From positions 178,622,001 through 178,686,000 of the forward strand of contig NC_042997.1 in the NCBI RefSeq assembly GCF_006345805.1: a DNA stretch of 64,000 bases, given 5' to 3'. Both the position numbers and the translations under genes were made by a program. Numbering within the stretch: position 1 is the stretch's first letter; every line of letters starts with the position of its first letter. The notes under the pieces were generated by a model. That model saw nothing but the letters and a program-made list of their open reading frames with translations, was not told the origin of the DNA and ran no database searches. Source of the stretch: Octopus sinensis (lineage: Eukaryota). Shown here one piece after another: positions 1-13,896 of the stretch.

Positions 1-216
1 CGAGTTACGCACTGGGGGTGATATAATCGACTTAATCCATTTGTCTGTCCTTGTTTGTCCTCTCTGTGTTTAGCCCCTTGTGGGTAGTAAAGAAATAGGT
101 ATTTCGTCTACCGCTACGTTCTGAATTATAATTCCGTCGGGGTTGACCTTATATCTCACCTTTACGGAATCGATAAAATAAATAACAACCGAGTACTGGG
201 CTCAATGTAATCGATT
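1..216 (+). mobile_element. SINE family A, partial composite copy cut by the window edge
   Basis: Matches the body and linker of the copy at 3311-3706 (gatataatcgacttaatcc...ttagccccttgtgggtagtaaagaaataggtatttcgtct.ccgctacgttctga). Confidence 0.85.
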
Positions 217-224
217 TAATCTGC

Positions 225-631
225 AACCAAAAAATTTCTGGCCTTTACCAAAATTCGAAACGAGTTTATTGAAAGGTGGTTGAAAGTTGCGAAAATGGCA
301 AGAGTGGATGGTACCTCTCTAAGTGTAGACCTGTGAATCGGAGTAAGAGAATTGGAAGGGCACTTGCCTCTCTCTTGGTGCTCAGGGAGATCTTGGACAG
401 TAGGGTTCATTATCCCTAAACATCATCCTGTTTCAGGAGGACTGCATTTCTATCACCATACCCCAGCTGTTTTAAACCTTTGTATATTATGTATGTTTCC
501 CTTCCTTTTCATTGTATACCGCGTATACTTACTCCATTTTTTGTTATTTATTTTATCATTTCATTATATGTAAGATCTAACACTTTATGTGTTTTTGTAT
601 TGTCACTCCTCATCCTTCGCCCTGGTTGCAA
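225..631 (+). mobile_element. Probable 3' end of a LINE (L1/Tx1-like) with AATAAA and (TTA)n tail
   Basis: One frame reads KKFLAFTKIRNEFIERWLKVAKMARVDGTSLSVDL*, resembling C-termini I recall from cephalopod L1/Tx1-like ORF2 proteins. About 290 nt of UTR follow, ending gcaaataaatgaa then (TTA/TTG)n. Clade is from memory only. Confidence 0.4.
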
Positions 632-664
632 ATAAATGAAATTATTATTATTATTATTATTATT

Positions 665-733
<69 letters not shown>

Positions 734-1099
734 GAGTGAGAGAGCAGTGTATGCAATCAAAGTGACACTGCGGTACAAATATACGAAGCCCAATATACCG
801 ACCATGTCTACCCATCTGATAAGAGTATACCAGGGACATGCATCACAACAATATGTGCATGACACGGTCATCTTATATCAAAGTTAACAGCGCATGACCT
901 TGCAGGTGGGTCCCAGTTAGAATTTTCTTCAGGTCGAGTAGATTATCCTGCTCAAAAGGTCCCTGAATAAGGATTGTTTAATTATGTTAAACAAAACACC
1001 CATGTTTCCTGAGGCGAATTATTCAAACTTCAAAGAATTCCTCTCAACACATGGCTATGATACTCCCCCACTACTTCTATTCCTGATCAGAGATGCATA

Positions 1100-1100
<1 letters not shown>
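734..1100 (-). mobile_element. 5'-truncated copy of the 557-bp (TAA)n-embedded element
   Basis: Reverse complement matches the last ~365 nt of 12933-13489 and 28508-29064; (TTA)n tracts on both sides. Confidence 0.9.
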
Positions 1101-1156
<56 letters not shown>

Positions 1157-3206
1157 GTGATGAAAACTCACAACTTATTTTGCTAGGTATGGTGATAAGT
1201 GTCAGCTGTCCACAGCCAGCAGAGTAAGGTGACACTTGTTTACCGGTCTTGCTTCAAGAACTCTGCTAAGAATTTTTGCATTTCCAAGCAATATTAATTT
1301 TCTGAGGTGTTCTACCTTCACACTTGCACCAATCTTTTTTAGTCATGTTGGTAGTCGACTGCTGATATTTACAAGTGCATCAAGTACCTATTGGTATCAT
1401 GTCTATTCTCTTCATTCACCACAAACTTCGTATTTCCCATTTCAAATCGTCATAGTTGTTTATTTTCTCTTTTTCACGTTGATCCTGTTGTCACCGGAGC
1501 ATGCTATGTCTATTATCATGCATGTTCTCTTTTATTCACCACAACAAACATCCGGTTTCCGATGTCTGGTCAGGTGATCGCGCTGTATCATTGTATTCCA
1601 CAGGATTTTGCAATTCTCTTTCTCAGTGATTCCTTCTGAGATTTTCTCATACTACGTCTTTGTTCTTTGTAGGCCGCGATTTCTACAGAGCTCCCAATGG
1701 ATCATCCTTACCACATTATGATGGCGTCTTTTATATTCGTGTTGTGTCAATTTCGGGCACTCACTAAGGATGTGCCATACCATTTTACCACTCTCACCAA
1801 ACATTGGTCCTTAATGTTTGTACTTGAGCTACGTATAAGAGTACTTCTGTCTCTATCTTCAGGTCACTCTTCTTCATCCATAGCCAGCGGTCCTCTGTAT
1901 CTGCCTTCACGTTCACATCTCTTGCAATCTGACCGTGCTTTTTACCCCTTCCATGCTTTTTCTTTTTTGTGTTCATTTCTTGCTCAAATTTTTCTTTCAT
2001 TACACAATTCTCAGTTTTGGTGACGCTGGCCTTCGTATGTTTCAACAGTGACTCCACGGCATTTGTTATATACCACCCTAAGCTGTTTTCCTCTGCTTCG
2101 ATACAGCCCTGGCAACTGATCAAACCTCTCCCACCCTTTCTTCTGGACAAATATAGCCCATCGGTGTTACTCTTAGGGCGGAAGGCTCCGTGTACCATCA
2201 ACATGTTTCTGGACTTGGTATCCATTTTCATCACTTCTCTTCTTTTGCCATTTTAAAATTCCGGCTCCATACCGAAGTGATGCTATCGTCCACGTATTGA
2301 CCACTTGGATTTTATTCCATCCAGTCAATTTTGAGCGCAAAACCAAACTTAGTCTTCGGAAATATCCCATTCTCAGTTGCACTTTCATTTCATTGTCCGT
2401 TATCTCGTTGGACTCTAGCAGACCAAGTTTCTATTCGGTAATTCTATCCCTGCTGGGGACTGTACCTTGCCTCTTTTTAGGTTTATTATTCCGCACTTCT
2501 TGAGCCCAAATTCTAATATCTGTACTAAAACATTGGACCATGTTCACCAAGGAATCCATTTATATCTCATCCTTGCCATACAGTTTCAAATCATCCATGA
2601 AGAAGAGGTGGTTGATTGTTTGGGATTTTCTCTGTAGTTGGTACTCCAGGTTAATTTTCCTGTGTACCAAAGTCTGGGGTATTATATAGAGAACAAAAAG
2701 CAACGGAGATCAGCTATCTCCCGGGAAAATCCCTCTTCTGATACCCATGGTGCCTAAGATTTTCCCCTAAGATGTCAGTTCAGTTTTCCACCACACAATA
2801 CTTCTCTTCAAGAAGCACGTTAAACTCCTCGCATTTCCAAATAGATCTAGGCATTCGATGATCTACGAATGTGGAGTCATATCATAAGCTTTGCGATAAT
2901 AATTCCAGGCCATTCTCAGGTGTGCTCTCCTTCGTTTACAATCTTCCATTACCATTTTGTCTATCAGAAATTAATCTTAGGTATATCTGCATCTCCTTTT
3001 TGCTCCGTCGGTAATATATCGATCTCATCAAGAAATTTGTGTAGTTCTTCTGCAATTCCTCCTGATATTAACTTCCATACTAATTGGATGTAAGAAATTG
3101 GTCTATAATTGTCAGCAGCATTTCCCTTTAATACATCTTTCAGACACTACACTGTTCGACTTTTTGTTAACCAGCCCGGTATTTCTTCTTCTCCATTAAT
3201 AAATGC
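1157..3206 (-). mobile_element. Degenerate 5'-truncated R4/Dong-like non-LTR retrotransposon (RT plus C-terminal region)
   Basis: Minus-strand peptides IPGWLTKSRTV, YFRRLSLVLRSKLTGWNKIQVVNTW, PKSNTDGLYLSRRKGGRGL, LKIETEVLLYVAQVQTLRTN and LLGNAKILSRVLE are collinear with the element at 48741-52412. Many stops and frameshifts; (TTA)n on both flanks. Confidence 0.9.
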
Positions 3207-3255
3207 ATTATTATCATTGTTGTTGTTGTTATTATTATTATTATTATTTTTATTA

Positions 3256-3310
<55 letters not shown>

Positions 3311-3706
3311 GGCCGTGAGCTGACAGAATCGCTAGCACGCCGGGCAAAATGATTAGCGGTAATTCGTTTGCCGCTACGTTCTGAGTTCAAATTCCGCCGA
3401 GGTCGACTTTGCCTTTCATCATTTCAGGGTCGATTAAATAAGTACCAGATACGCACTGGAGACGATATAATCGACTTAATCCGTTTGTCTGTCCTTGTTC
3501 GTCCTCTCTGTGTTTAGCCCCTTGTGGGTAGTAAAGAAATAGGTATTTCGTCTGCCGCTACATTCTGAGTTAAAATTCCACTAAGGTCGACTTTACCTTT
3601 CATCCTTTCGGTGTCGATAAATTAAGAACCAGTTAAGTACTAGGGTCGATGTAATCGAGTATCTCCCTCCCCCAAATTTCAGACTTTGTGCCTACAATAG
3701 AAAAGA
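3311..3706 (+). mobile_element. SINE family A, dimer-like copy
   Basis: Head ggc(g)gtgagctg.cagaatcg.tagcacgccgggcaaaatg with B-box-like gagttcaaattcc, then body, constant linker, a second body and an (ATT)n tail. Confidence 0.9.
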
Positions 3707-3719
3707 TTATTATTATTAA

Positions 3720-3932
3720 GGCGGTGAGCTGGCCAAATGGTTAGCACGCCGGGCAAAATACTTAGCGGTATTTCGTCTGCCGCTACGTTTTGAGTTCAAA
3801 TTTCACCGAGGTCGACTTTACATTTTATTCTTTCGAAGTCGATTAAATAAGTACCAGATACGCACTGAGGTTGATGTAATTGACTAAATCCCTTCCCATC
3901 AAATTTTCAAGGCCTTGTACCTAGAGTAGAAA
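3720..3932 (+). mobile_element. SINE family A monomer, in the tail of the previous copy
   Basis: ggcggtgagctggccaaatggttagcacgccgggc...gagttcaaatt...gtcgac...ttgtacctagagtagaaa. Confidence 0.9.
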
Positions 3933-4074
3933 TAATAACAATAATAATAATAATTATTATTATTGCATACGTATGTGTGTGCGTGTATATATATATACGT
4001 TTTATTTATTATTTTGCATATTACTAAATTATTTTATATGTTTAATCTTATATTTAATCTTTCTATAAGATGTA

Positions 4075-4165
4075 ATTTTTCTAAATGGTATAATTTAATT
4101 TTTCATTATTGAATTGATAAAAGGTGGGTTATTTTCTAATTTATATATATCTATATATCTATCTA

Positions 4166-4228
<63 letters not shown>

Positions 4229-4327
4229 ATAATTATATATATATATATATATATTTATGTGAACTGAATTTGTTTTAGTATTTCTAAACTGAATTTCTCC
4301 CTGTAACTTTGGAATAATATTCTCTCA

Positions 4328-4330
<3 letters not shown>
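4075..4330. repeat. Unclassified dispersed repeat with internal (TA)n tract, copy 1
   Basis: tataatttaattt.tcattattgaa..gataaaaggtgg...tctaat-(TA)n-...agtatttctaaa.tgaattt..cctgtaa.tttggaataatatt is repeated at about 18358-18580. Confidence 0.75.
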
Positions 4331-4379
<49 letters not shown>

Positions 4380-4382
4380 GTA

Positions 4383-4413
<31 letters not shown>

Positions 4414-4945
4414 ATATAATATGTGTGTGTGTTTGTTGGTGTTATTTATGTATATATGTATGTATGTATACATACATATATATGTATATATATATATGTA
4501 TAAATATATATGTATGTATGCATGCATGTATGTATATATGTGTGTATGTGTGCGTGTTGTGTGTTAACCGACGATAGTTTGGTGAAAAAACAAAACAAAA
4601 CAAAAAGACAAATGCTAGATTAACTGAAAAAAAATACTAAAAACACAGCAAAACAAAACTAAATTAGACATGCAAAAGAAGTCAAGCGCAAGCAGGAGAA
4701 CAGAAAATGAAACCTGGAATTAATATCGCACATGTCAAATAGCCAAAAGGTTAGGCGAAGAAATTTAACAAGATTAATGAACGAAGCGTAAAACATGGTA
4801 GACAAAAATAAGCCAGTCCTAGAAGTATTAATAATTAACATTTTGCTTCTACTCAGAGAAGGAGTGGATCTTAAATAATAATTCGATATGTTGGTTAATT
4901 GGTGCAATATTATCATATTTGACTCTGCACACACATACACACACA

Positions 4946-5000
<55 letters not shown>

Positions 5001-5357
5001 TCATACAAGCACACACAAAAGCAAGTAGAGATACATGCACAAAAGATACACTCATATACAGGTGCAAATATTCAAGCACGCAGGCGTTCACATACGCACG
5101 CATTCACATACGCACGCATTCACATATACAATTACACACATACATATATACATTTATACGCATGCAGACACACACATATGTATGCATTTATATTCATATC
5201 TATGTACACACAGAGAAATACTCATTTGCCTTCTATCCATATCTATGTACAACACACACACACACACACACCACATATATATATGTGTGTGTGTGTATGT
5301 GTGTATAAGGATATGTATGTATATATATGTGTATATATACATGAACATTATATATAC

Positions 5358-5449
<92 letters not shown>

Positions 5450-5472
5450 ATATATATACACAAACACACACA

Positions 5473-5505
<33 letters not shown>

Positions 5506-5891
5506 GTATATATATATATATATAATATATATACATACACACACAAATGTGTGGTGTATCTATAATTAATGGAATATAATTTCTTAGTTTTGTGATTACC
5601 AATTATAGAACATGTTTTTAGCAAAATTTACTTCACTTTTGTATTTGGTTTTCAAAATTCTTTATGCAAATTTGTGAGTTGAAACAAAATCTGCTGTATC
5701 GAGGGGAAGTCATAACGCCAATATGGATAACACACGCGCTGGTTCAATACCTCTTCTTTATTATCAGTCAGTTAGTTAAATATCTGTCCGCATTTTGTCT
5801 TAACACCCAAATAACCCGATAGGCAGGTAGGTAAACATGTAGTACGGACAGACGTGTAGCATGAACAGACGTGCACACACATGCAAACATA

Positions 5892-5969
<78 letters not shown>

Positions 5970-6098
5970 AATTCTGTACATAGGGAGCAAGACAAGATAT
6001 TTGGTGGTGTGGAAACTATCGATGAAATGCATTTTCTGTTGGAGTGTGTGTGTATGTGTGTGTGTGTGTGTGCACACACATATACACACACATATAAA

Positions 6099-6565
<467 letters not shown>

Positions 6566-6566
6566 A

Positions 6567-6665
<99 letters not shown>

Positions 6666-6745
6666 ATATATATAATATATATATATATATATAATATATA
6701 TATATATTATATATATACATATATATATATATATATGTGTATATA

Positions 6746-6818
<73 letters not shown>

Positions 6819-6933
6819 ACATCAATAATAATAAAGGGTGAAATTAATTAACTAATAATTAGTAATTTTACCAAGTAGTTCGTTATGCTAAAAGAACCAT
6901 TATCGGAAAACTTAAACAAAATTTTTTATAATT

Positions 6934-7172
6934 ATGAGTATAATTATAATTATAATTATGGTTCAGCAAAAATTTGCTTCACCACGTACCGAAATTTAGA
7001 AATAGCAGTTAAAACTAGCTATTTCTCTACCATAAGAAAATCTCCCAGACGACAGGTGATTTTATGGGAAATTTTCTTATGGTAGAGAAACAGCTAGTTT
7101 TAACTGCTATTTCTAAATTTCGGTACGTGGTGAAGCAAATTTTTGCTGAACCCTAAATATAATTATACTCAT
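6934..7172. repeat. Long inverted repeat (82-bp core arms, one mismatch, 29-nt spacer)
   Basis: 6960-7041 is the reverse complement of 7071-7152; outer atgagtataattata / tataattatactcat also pair. Confidence 0.95.
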
Positions 7173-8288
7173 ATATATAATCATTATATGCACACGTACA
7201 CACACATATCTATATGATAAATTAGTTTAGGCCTTGCAGTACTAATAACCAGCATTTTGTAATCAGTATACTTTTGGTCTAAAGCGTTAGCATCGGATGA
7301 ATGCACAGAACAATATTAACCATTCTAGCGGAGGCGGCGCCTGCTGCGTCACACGGTGTGACAAGAGTGCATCTTCAAATTACAGCTATGATCCAGTAGA
7401 TGATTATATAGAATGGTACTTGACCAAGATGCTAAACACTGGGCATATATATATATATATATATATATATGGCTCACTTGACGAATCACTGGCGTGAAAC
7501 TCGAATCGTGCAACAAGCTCTCTGTTTCACTTTTAATAAAACATTTTATAGACACACGCACACACACACACACACACACAGACACACACCACACACACAC
7601 ACACACACGCACGCACGCACACACACACAGAGACACACAGACACACACACACCCACACTCATGCGCGCGCTCCCCTACCACATACTTTTTTGTACACGAG
7701 TACTTATATGATAAATATTTGAAAATGCACTTTAATTGTTGGTGCATTTCAAATTCTTTCCTTCACACGCACACACATACACACAATTACGTTTGGTAAT
7801 TAAAATTATTTTCTCATTCACAATTATAGGAGAATGTACAAACTTCTAACACAGATATGTATGGAGGACACATCCTGAACCACAATAGAAAGCATTGCTC
7901 TCTCTCTCTCTTTCTCAAACCCTCCACACAGATACACACACACTCACATATGTAGTTACAGTTTTTCTTTTTTACCGAAAAATTTGTTGCGCGCGCATGA
8001 TTCAACATAGCTTCTTTTAGCCATTCCGGTGCAAGTTTACATTTCAATATCTTCAGTCTGTTTAGATTATTTTCTTAGGAAGAATCGCGACTAATTATTT
8101 GCTATTTCAATAATTTGCTATTTCATCAGCTGTCATTCGTCTATTCAACAGATACACGTTACAAAACTCAATCAATATTCATTTCAGTACAAGATAAATT
8201 TGGGCGTGGTTAAACATGGCATTATTGAATTTTCAGTCCTATTATGGACTCTATCTATACAGACCCGAAGGCCTTCATTAGATTTTCA

Positions 8289-8690
8289 TAGGAGTGGCTG
8301 CGTAGTAAGAAGCTTGCTTCCCAACCAATGGTTCCAGGTTCAGTCCCACTGCGTGGTACCCGGGCAACTGTCTTCTAGTATAGCCTCGCGCCGACCGACG
8401 GCTTCTGAGTGAATTTGGTAGACGGAAACTGAAAGAAGCCCGTCATATATTTATATATATATTAATGCATGTGCCTTTGTGCCTGCGTTTGTTGCTCCAC
8501 CGTCGCTTGACAGCCGATGTTGGTGTGTTTATGTCCCCGTAACTTAGCGGTTCGGCAAAAGAGACTGACAGAATAAGTACCAAACTTACAAAGCCTGAGT
8601 CTTGGGGGCGATTTCTTCAACTAAAAGGTGGTGCCCCAGCACGGCCGCAGTCAAATGGCTTAAACAAGTAAAAGAGTAAAAGCAGTAAAG
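8289..8690 (+). mobile_element. SINE family B, most complete copy
   Basis: taggagtggctgcgtagtaagaagcttgcttcccaacc...ggttcagtccc (A/B-box-like); tail ggtggtgccccagcacggccgcagtcaaatggcttaaacaagtaaaaga. Confidence 0.9.
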
Positions 8691-8846
8691 AGTATATATA
8701 TAGCCTTCCGAAATTGCAAAGATAATCAGGAACTCGACTGAACAAACAAAACTCCGAATGACCCGTCCTTGTTTCCTTTGTCCTTTTTTGTATCACCTGT
8801 CTGTATGTTTTGCATTCTTGTCCCATTTTTTACTTTATATATATAT

Positions 8847-8908
<62 letters not shown>

Positions 8909-9571
8909 CATATGCAAATGTGGGCACAGAATATCATAAAACATGTACAACAAAAACACGAAGTACGAGCATATAGAATATGAACTATTTTTTTCCAACA
9001 ACGAAGGACACAAATGGAAAACAAGAGAAACAACATAAAGAACGATCCTTCATCAGTTGTTGGCTGTTTTTCTACTCTCGTATTTCGAGCATTTAACAAC
9101 AATATACGCTTTCGATAAAATAGTTGCTCCGGCAAAACAAATTGAATAAAATCTGGGAGTTTTGCGCAGGGTCAAAACTGGTAACACAAACAGGACAGTG
9201 AAAACAAACAGGAAAGGCTGCTAAGCGTAAACGAGGGTGTGGTGGCGAACGCGTAAATCAAGCTGGGACAGGAGTCAGACAAGAACACGTCTTCGTTGTT
9301 CCAGCTACAACGGAGAGAAAGAAAGAGAAACAAGTTAGGAGAAGAAAGAAAGATGGCTGATGGTCACGTGAGCAAGAGAAGAGGAGTGATGGAGAGAGAA
9401 TAACAGAGTAAGAGGATAGCATAGTGGGAGAAGAGGAGGTAAAATAATAAAGCAGAAAAAGAGAGAAAAACGAAAGAGTAAAAAGATCGTATAGAGTGCG
9501 CATCAGAATTATTAAGAGAGAATTTACTTGGAAGAGGATGCGTAGCGTTGAATCATGTAATAATATAAATA

Positions 9572-9645
<74 letters not shown>

Positions 9646-11028
9646 GTGTTTATATAGAGAAAGAAAGAAAGAGAGAGAGAGATACTGGAGGGAAACAGCT
9701 TGGCGGCAAGAAATGCCATCGTTTTACTTTTGGTTCGAGATGTCATGTTTTGCTCCAAGAAAATATATGTAATCACGAAAAAAATGAAAAATAAACGAAA
9801 ATTTAAAATAATTGTTAGACATTTCATCCCGTTAAGTTCCTGATGACTAATCGTTACTAGACGCTTGAGTTTTGTTACATAATCAGATAAATGCACACAT
9901 AATTAACTGTACTTGCTAAAAAAGAATATGAAGTAAAAGCTGATTTTATTAACCATTCTGTTATTAGTTTTGGGTAAGTAATTATAGATTGTGTTCTGTG
10001 TTCGATTTACACGACTATACCACTCCATATACTTATTTGTCGATTCTTTCTAAAGTTAGAAACTTAGGAATCATCAATTATAATTACTATTTTCGGACGT
10101 CATATGGTTTTTTCCAGTGTTTTAAATTCAATGGTTTTCGGTCTGTTATGAAAATTGTATTATAAGTGATCAAGGAATAGTATGTAAAAGGATTACAGTT
10201 CATATATGCAGCTTTCATTTTGTATTTTAATTGACTCTGTTAAATGACTACAGCCTTGCCGAGGCATCGCCTTCAAATACTTAGTCGAAAGAAATCGATT
10301 CCAGTGCATTTTTAAAGACTGGTACTGATTCTATTGGGTCTCTTTTGCTACACTGGTTTCAATAAAGAAACCAACACTGTTTGTTAAGCTTTGATGGTGT
10401 GGCAAAACACAAATACGAAGACGTACACACGTATATGAATACATATATATAGGGTGGGCTTTTATACACTTTCCATCTACCATATTCATTCACAAAACAT
10501 TGATTAGCCCGTGATTAGAACTCATTTGCTGTGTAGTGGAATTGCTCTCGAAAACATGTAGTTGTAAAACGATCTTCTTAATTACACAGCTGTGACTGTA
10601 AAGTTACGGTGAAAATATGCATACATGCGAATTTACATGTGTATACTTGTGTATGTGTGTGCACGCGTGTGTGAGTGTGTGTGTGTATGTGCGTGTGTGT
10701 ATGTGCGTGTTGTGTATGTGCGTGTGTGCATGTGTGCAAAACAACGGAGACATTTTTCAAAGTAGTACTCAATACATAATAAGGCTGTGAAAAATTTATA
10801 TTCTTTACTGAGATCACTTGAAAATACCCCGTTCCAGAATATTACCTGTTGGAAACAGGTGTAATATTATCTCTAGAAAAACGAACACACACACACATAC
10901 GCATATACACGCATACGCATATTCACGCATACGCATACGGACACACGAATATAGATATGTTATAAAGGATATTTTGCAGCAACAACAACATCACCACCAC
11001 CAATAATAATAATGATAATAATGATAAT

Positions 11029-11985
11029 ATTTGTCGGGTCAATATGATCCCCACTAAAAATGCGATGCACCCACAAATATTTAAGAAACAAGTTGAAGAA
11101 GAAAGAGTAAACAACTGGAAAATGAAACCACTGCATGGGAGATATCTCAGAGAAATCGAAGGAAAAGACAAGATCAACACTTGGAGATGGCTAAGGAAAA
11201 GGGATGTGAAAGGATGCACTGAGGCATTGATATGCAGCACCCAGAAACAAAACTCTGAGAACTAATTACACCAAGTTCCAAATAGATAAGAATAACATCG
11301 CCTTTTTGTATGATGTGCGGCTGCAGATATGAAACAATTTCGCATACTGTGAGTGAGTGCAACAAGTTGGCCCAAAATCATTACAAAAGGAGATACGATA
11401 ACGTGGCTAAGTTTGTCCACTCGAGGCTGTGTGAAAAGTACGGCTGAATAGATCACGGAAATAGTATGAACATGAACCACAAGGAGTCACAAAGAACAAA
11501 GAACAGAAGATATTGTGGGATTTTACAATCCAATTTTACAATCCAATCAAAACCCTAATCGAGGCTCGGAGACCAGATATTGTGGTAGATAAAGGAATAA
11601 ATGAAACGAAGAACATAGATATTGCATAAGTGACATAAGTGACAAAGAACTAGAAAAGATTGAAAAGTACAGATTACTAAAAGACGAAGTTGCAAAAATG
11701 TGGACTATGAGGAGAGTGTCTGTCATTCTTGTAGGTGTAGGGGCACTCGGAGCACTAACAACCAAACTCGAGAAATATGACAAAGAAATCGGAATTGACA
11801 TGAGAGAAGAGCAAGCCCAAAATACTGCTCTGCTGGGGACAGCTAGAATTTTGAGATTGCTACTTGGATGCTGAATGTCTCCCACGATAATTAACAACCA
11901 AGTATCAAAGCATATAATATGTCGAAAGCGACCTTGTGAGACCTCTGGCGGCTGGCTGCTGTCCACTCTCACAGAATCTACCAGA
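11029..11985 (+). mobile_element. R4/Dong-like 3' fragment (second family)
   Basis: Peptides ERVNNWKMKPLHGRYLRE, TEALICSTQ, CMMCGCRYETISHTVSEC (CCHC finger), RPDIV-type motif and LLGTARILRLLLGC* (stop 11872-11874); preceded by an AAT tract. Confidence 0.85.
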
Positions 11986-12760
11986 AAAAGCAAGACCCAA
12001 CGTTCTAAGAAGTAAAACAATTAGAATGATAATACTTTGTTCTAAAGTACAAGGCCATAAGACACTAGCTCCTAGTAAGTGTCTCCGCTGTGCTGCATCT
12101 GTAATAGAGTGGACGAAGCCATTGTCCATATCACGAACAAATGCCCTAGACTTGCCCAAAAACCGCTACAAGTTGTGGAGAAACGATAAGGTAGCGAAAG
12201 GGTTACATTGCAAACTGTGTGAAAAGTGGCGGCTAGAGAGAGGCAAGACGTGGTATGAGCACAAACTGCAGAGAGTGGCAGAGTCGGAGACTTGCAAAAA
12301 TCCTCTGGGATTTCCCAGTCCAAACAGATCAAGTGCTAGTGCATAACAGACCGGACCTAGTGGTGGAGGATAAGATGCACTACATGTGCCATATAGTCGA
12401 TGTTGCGTACCCTTTTGACCTGCGAATAGTGAAGAAGGAAGACGAAAAAATAGATAAATACAGCCCCCTTAAGTACGAAATAGTCGGGTAATGAAAAATG
12501 AAGAAGGTGAAGATAGTACTAATAATTGTTGGGTACTTGGGGAGAGTACCAGAGGAAATAAAGAGGAATATAAAAGAAATCGAAACAGTGTCCAGTAGAA
12601 ATGTTGCAAAGCGTTTCTCTCCTTAGCACGGCCAGAATAATCAAAAGAGTATTAGATAGTTAAAAAAGAACAGATAGCATTGTACTGTAGGCTGCAAGCA
12701 GCAAGCCCGCTATGTATGTAAGACTCCAGGAGTTCCAACAAAACATGTGATAAAAAGAAA
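11986..12760 (+). mobile_element. R4/Dong-like 3' fragment (third family)
   Basis: Peptides DKVAKGLHCKLCEKW..WYEHK and LWDFPVQTDQVLVHNRPDLVVEDK..HIVDVAYPFD..KIDKYSPLKYEI (PD-D-K endonuclease region); ends aaagaaa before (AAT)n. The 5' boundary is approximate. Confidence 0.85.
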
Positions 12761-12765
12761 CAATG

Positions 12766-12821
<56 letters not shown>

Positions 12822-12835
12822 AATAATAATAGTAA

Positions 12836-12919
<84 letters not shown>

Positions 12920-12932
12920 TAATAATAATAAT

Positions 12933-13489
12933 AAATGCCCTGATGCAATACCAAGCAGTGGCTCTCGTGGTTTCTGATCTTAACTGACTGGAAGTGTTAT
13001 CATGTACATTGGTTTGTTTTGGTATAAAAGATGAGCTACAGTAAACATTCTGCTCAATACCACATATTTGCTTGTCAGTTGTTTGACCTTAACCAGTTGA
13101 GCATGTCCCTTAGTGGCTGATGATATGTGCATCACTGATCACGAGCAGAAGTAGTGGGGGAGCATCATAGCCATGTGATGAGAGGGATTCTTAGAGGTCT
13201 GAATAATTCACCTCTGGAAACATGAGTGTTTCGTTCAACATCCTTAAACAACCTTATTCAGGGACCGTTTGAGCAGGATGGGTTACGCGACCAGAAGAAA
13301 ATTCTAACTGGGCCCCACCTGCAAGGTCACGTGCAGTTTATCTTGATATGAGATCACACTGTCGCGCACATATGGTTGTGATGCATGTGCCTAGTGTACC
13401 CTTATCAGACAGGTAGTCATGATGGGTATACTGGCCTTCGTATATTTTACTCCAGTGTCACTTGGATTGCATGCACTGCTCTCTCACTC
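12933..13489 (+). mobile_element. 557-bp non-coding dispersed element flanked by (AAT)n
   Basis: aaatgccctgatgcaatacc...ctgctctctcactc; same length and termini as 28508-29064; no convincing ORF. Confidence 0.9.
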
Positions 13490-13553
<64 letters not shown>

Positions 13554-13557
13554 TGAT

Positions 13558-13840
13558 GTGACAGGTTAGTTTGGGAAGTTAAACAATTGTGTTCGGTGAA
13601 AAAGGTAGCAGTAGTAGCAATAAGTGTCGGAGCCCTGGGGACAGTGAGCAAAAATCTCGAGAAGTACGTGGAACAAATATGGGCTGCAATAAGAGTGGAG
13701 CACTTGCATAAAACAACACTGCTTGGAACCGCACGAATACTCCGGAAGGTGCTCGAAAAATAAGAGGTGTTACCTTAGTTCACTGGTAGTGAACAGCTGA
13801 CACTGCAGTACATCTCCAACGTTAGAAGCCGTGCAAAGGC
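13558..13840 (+). mobile_element. R4/Dong-like extreme 3' fragment (related to 1157-3206)
   Basis: Reads KKVAVVAISVGALGTVSKNLEKY...TTLLGTARILRKVLEK*. The 3' UTR gtgttaccttag...cagctgacac matches the minus-strand copy at 1199-1235. (AAT)n on both sides. Confidence 0.85.

Positions 13841-13896
<56 letters not shown>

Noticed and set aside
8985-9125. Minus-strand CTGATGA (9050-9056) and a neighbouring CGAAA as further hammerheads
   Set aside because: The CTGATGA is enclosed by ccaacaa/ttgttgg and aagga/tcctt but has no following GAAA/stem III; the other motif lacks an intact core and triplet. Possibly Penelope-derived but too decayed to call.
9837-9870. cCTGATGAc with a short cta/tag stem
   Set aside because: No GAAA or stem III follows.
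12936-12985. U2-like words at the start of the 557-bp element (cctg-atgcagtac-cagg consensus resembles stem-loop IV)
   Set aside because: Only a short inferred-consensus match, with order and spacing that do not fit U2; treated as coincidence pending an Rfam search.
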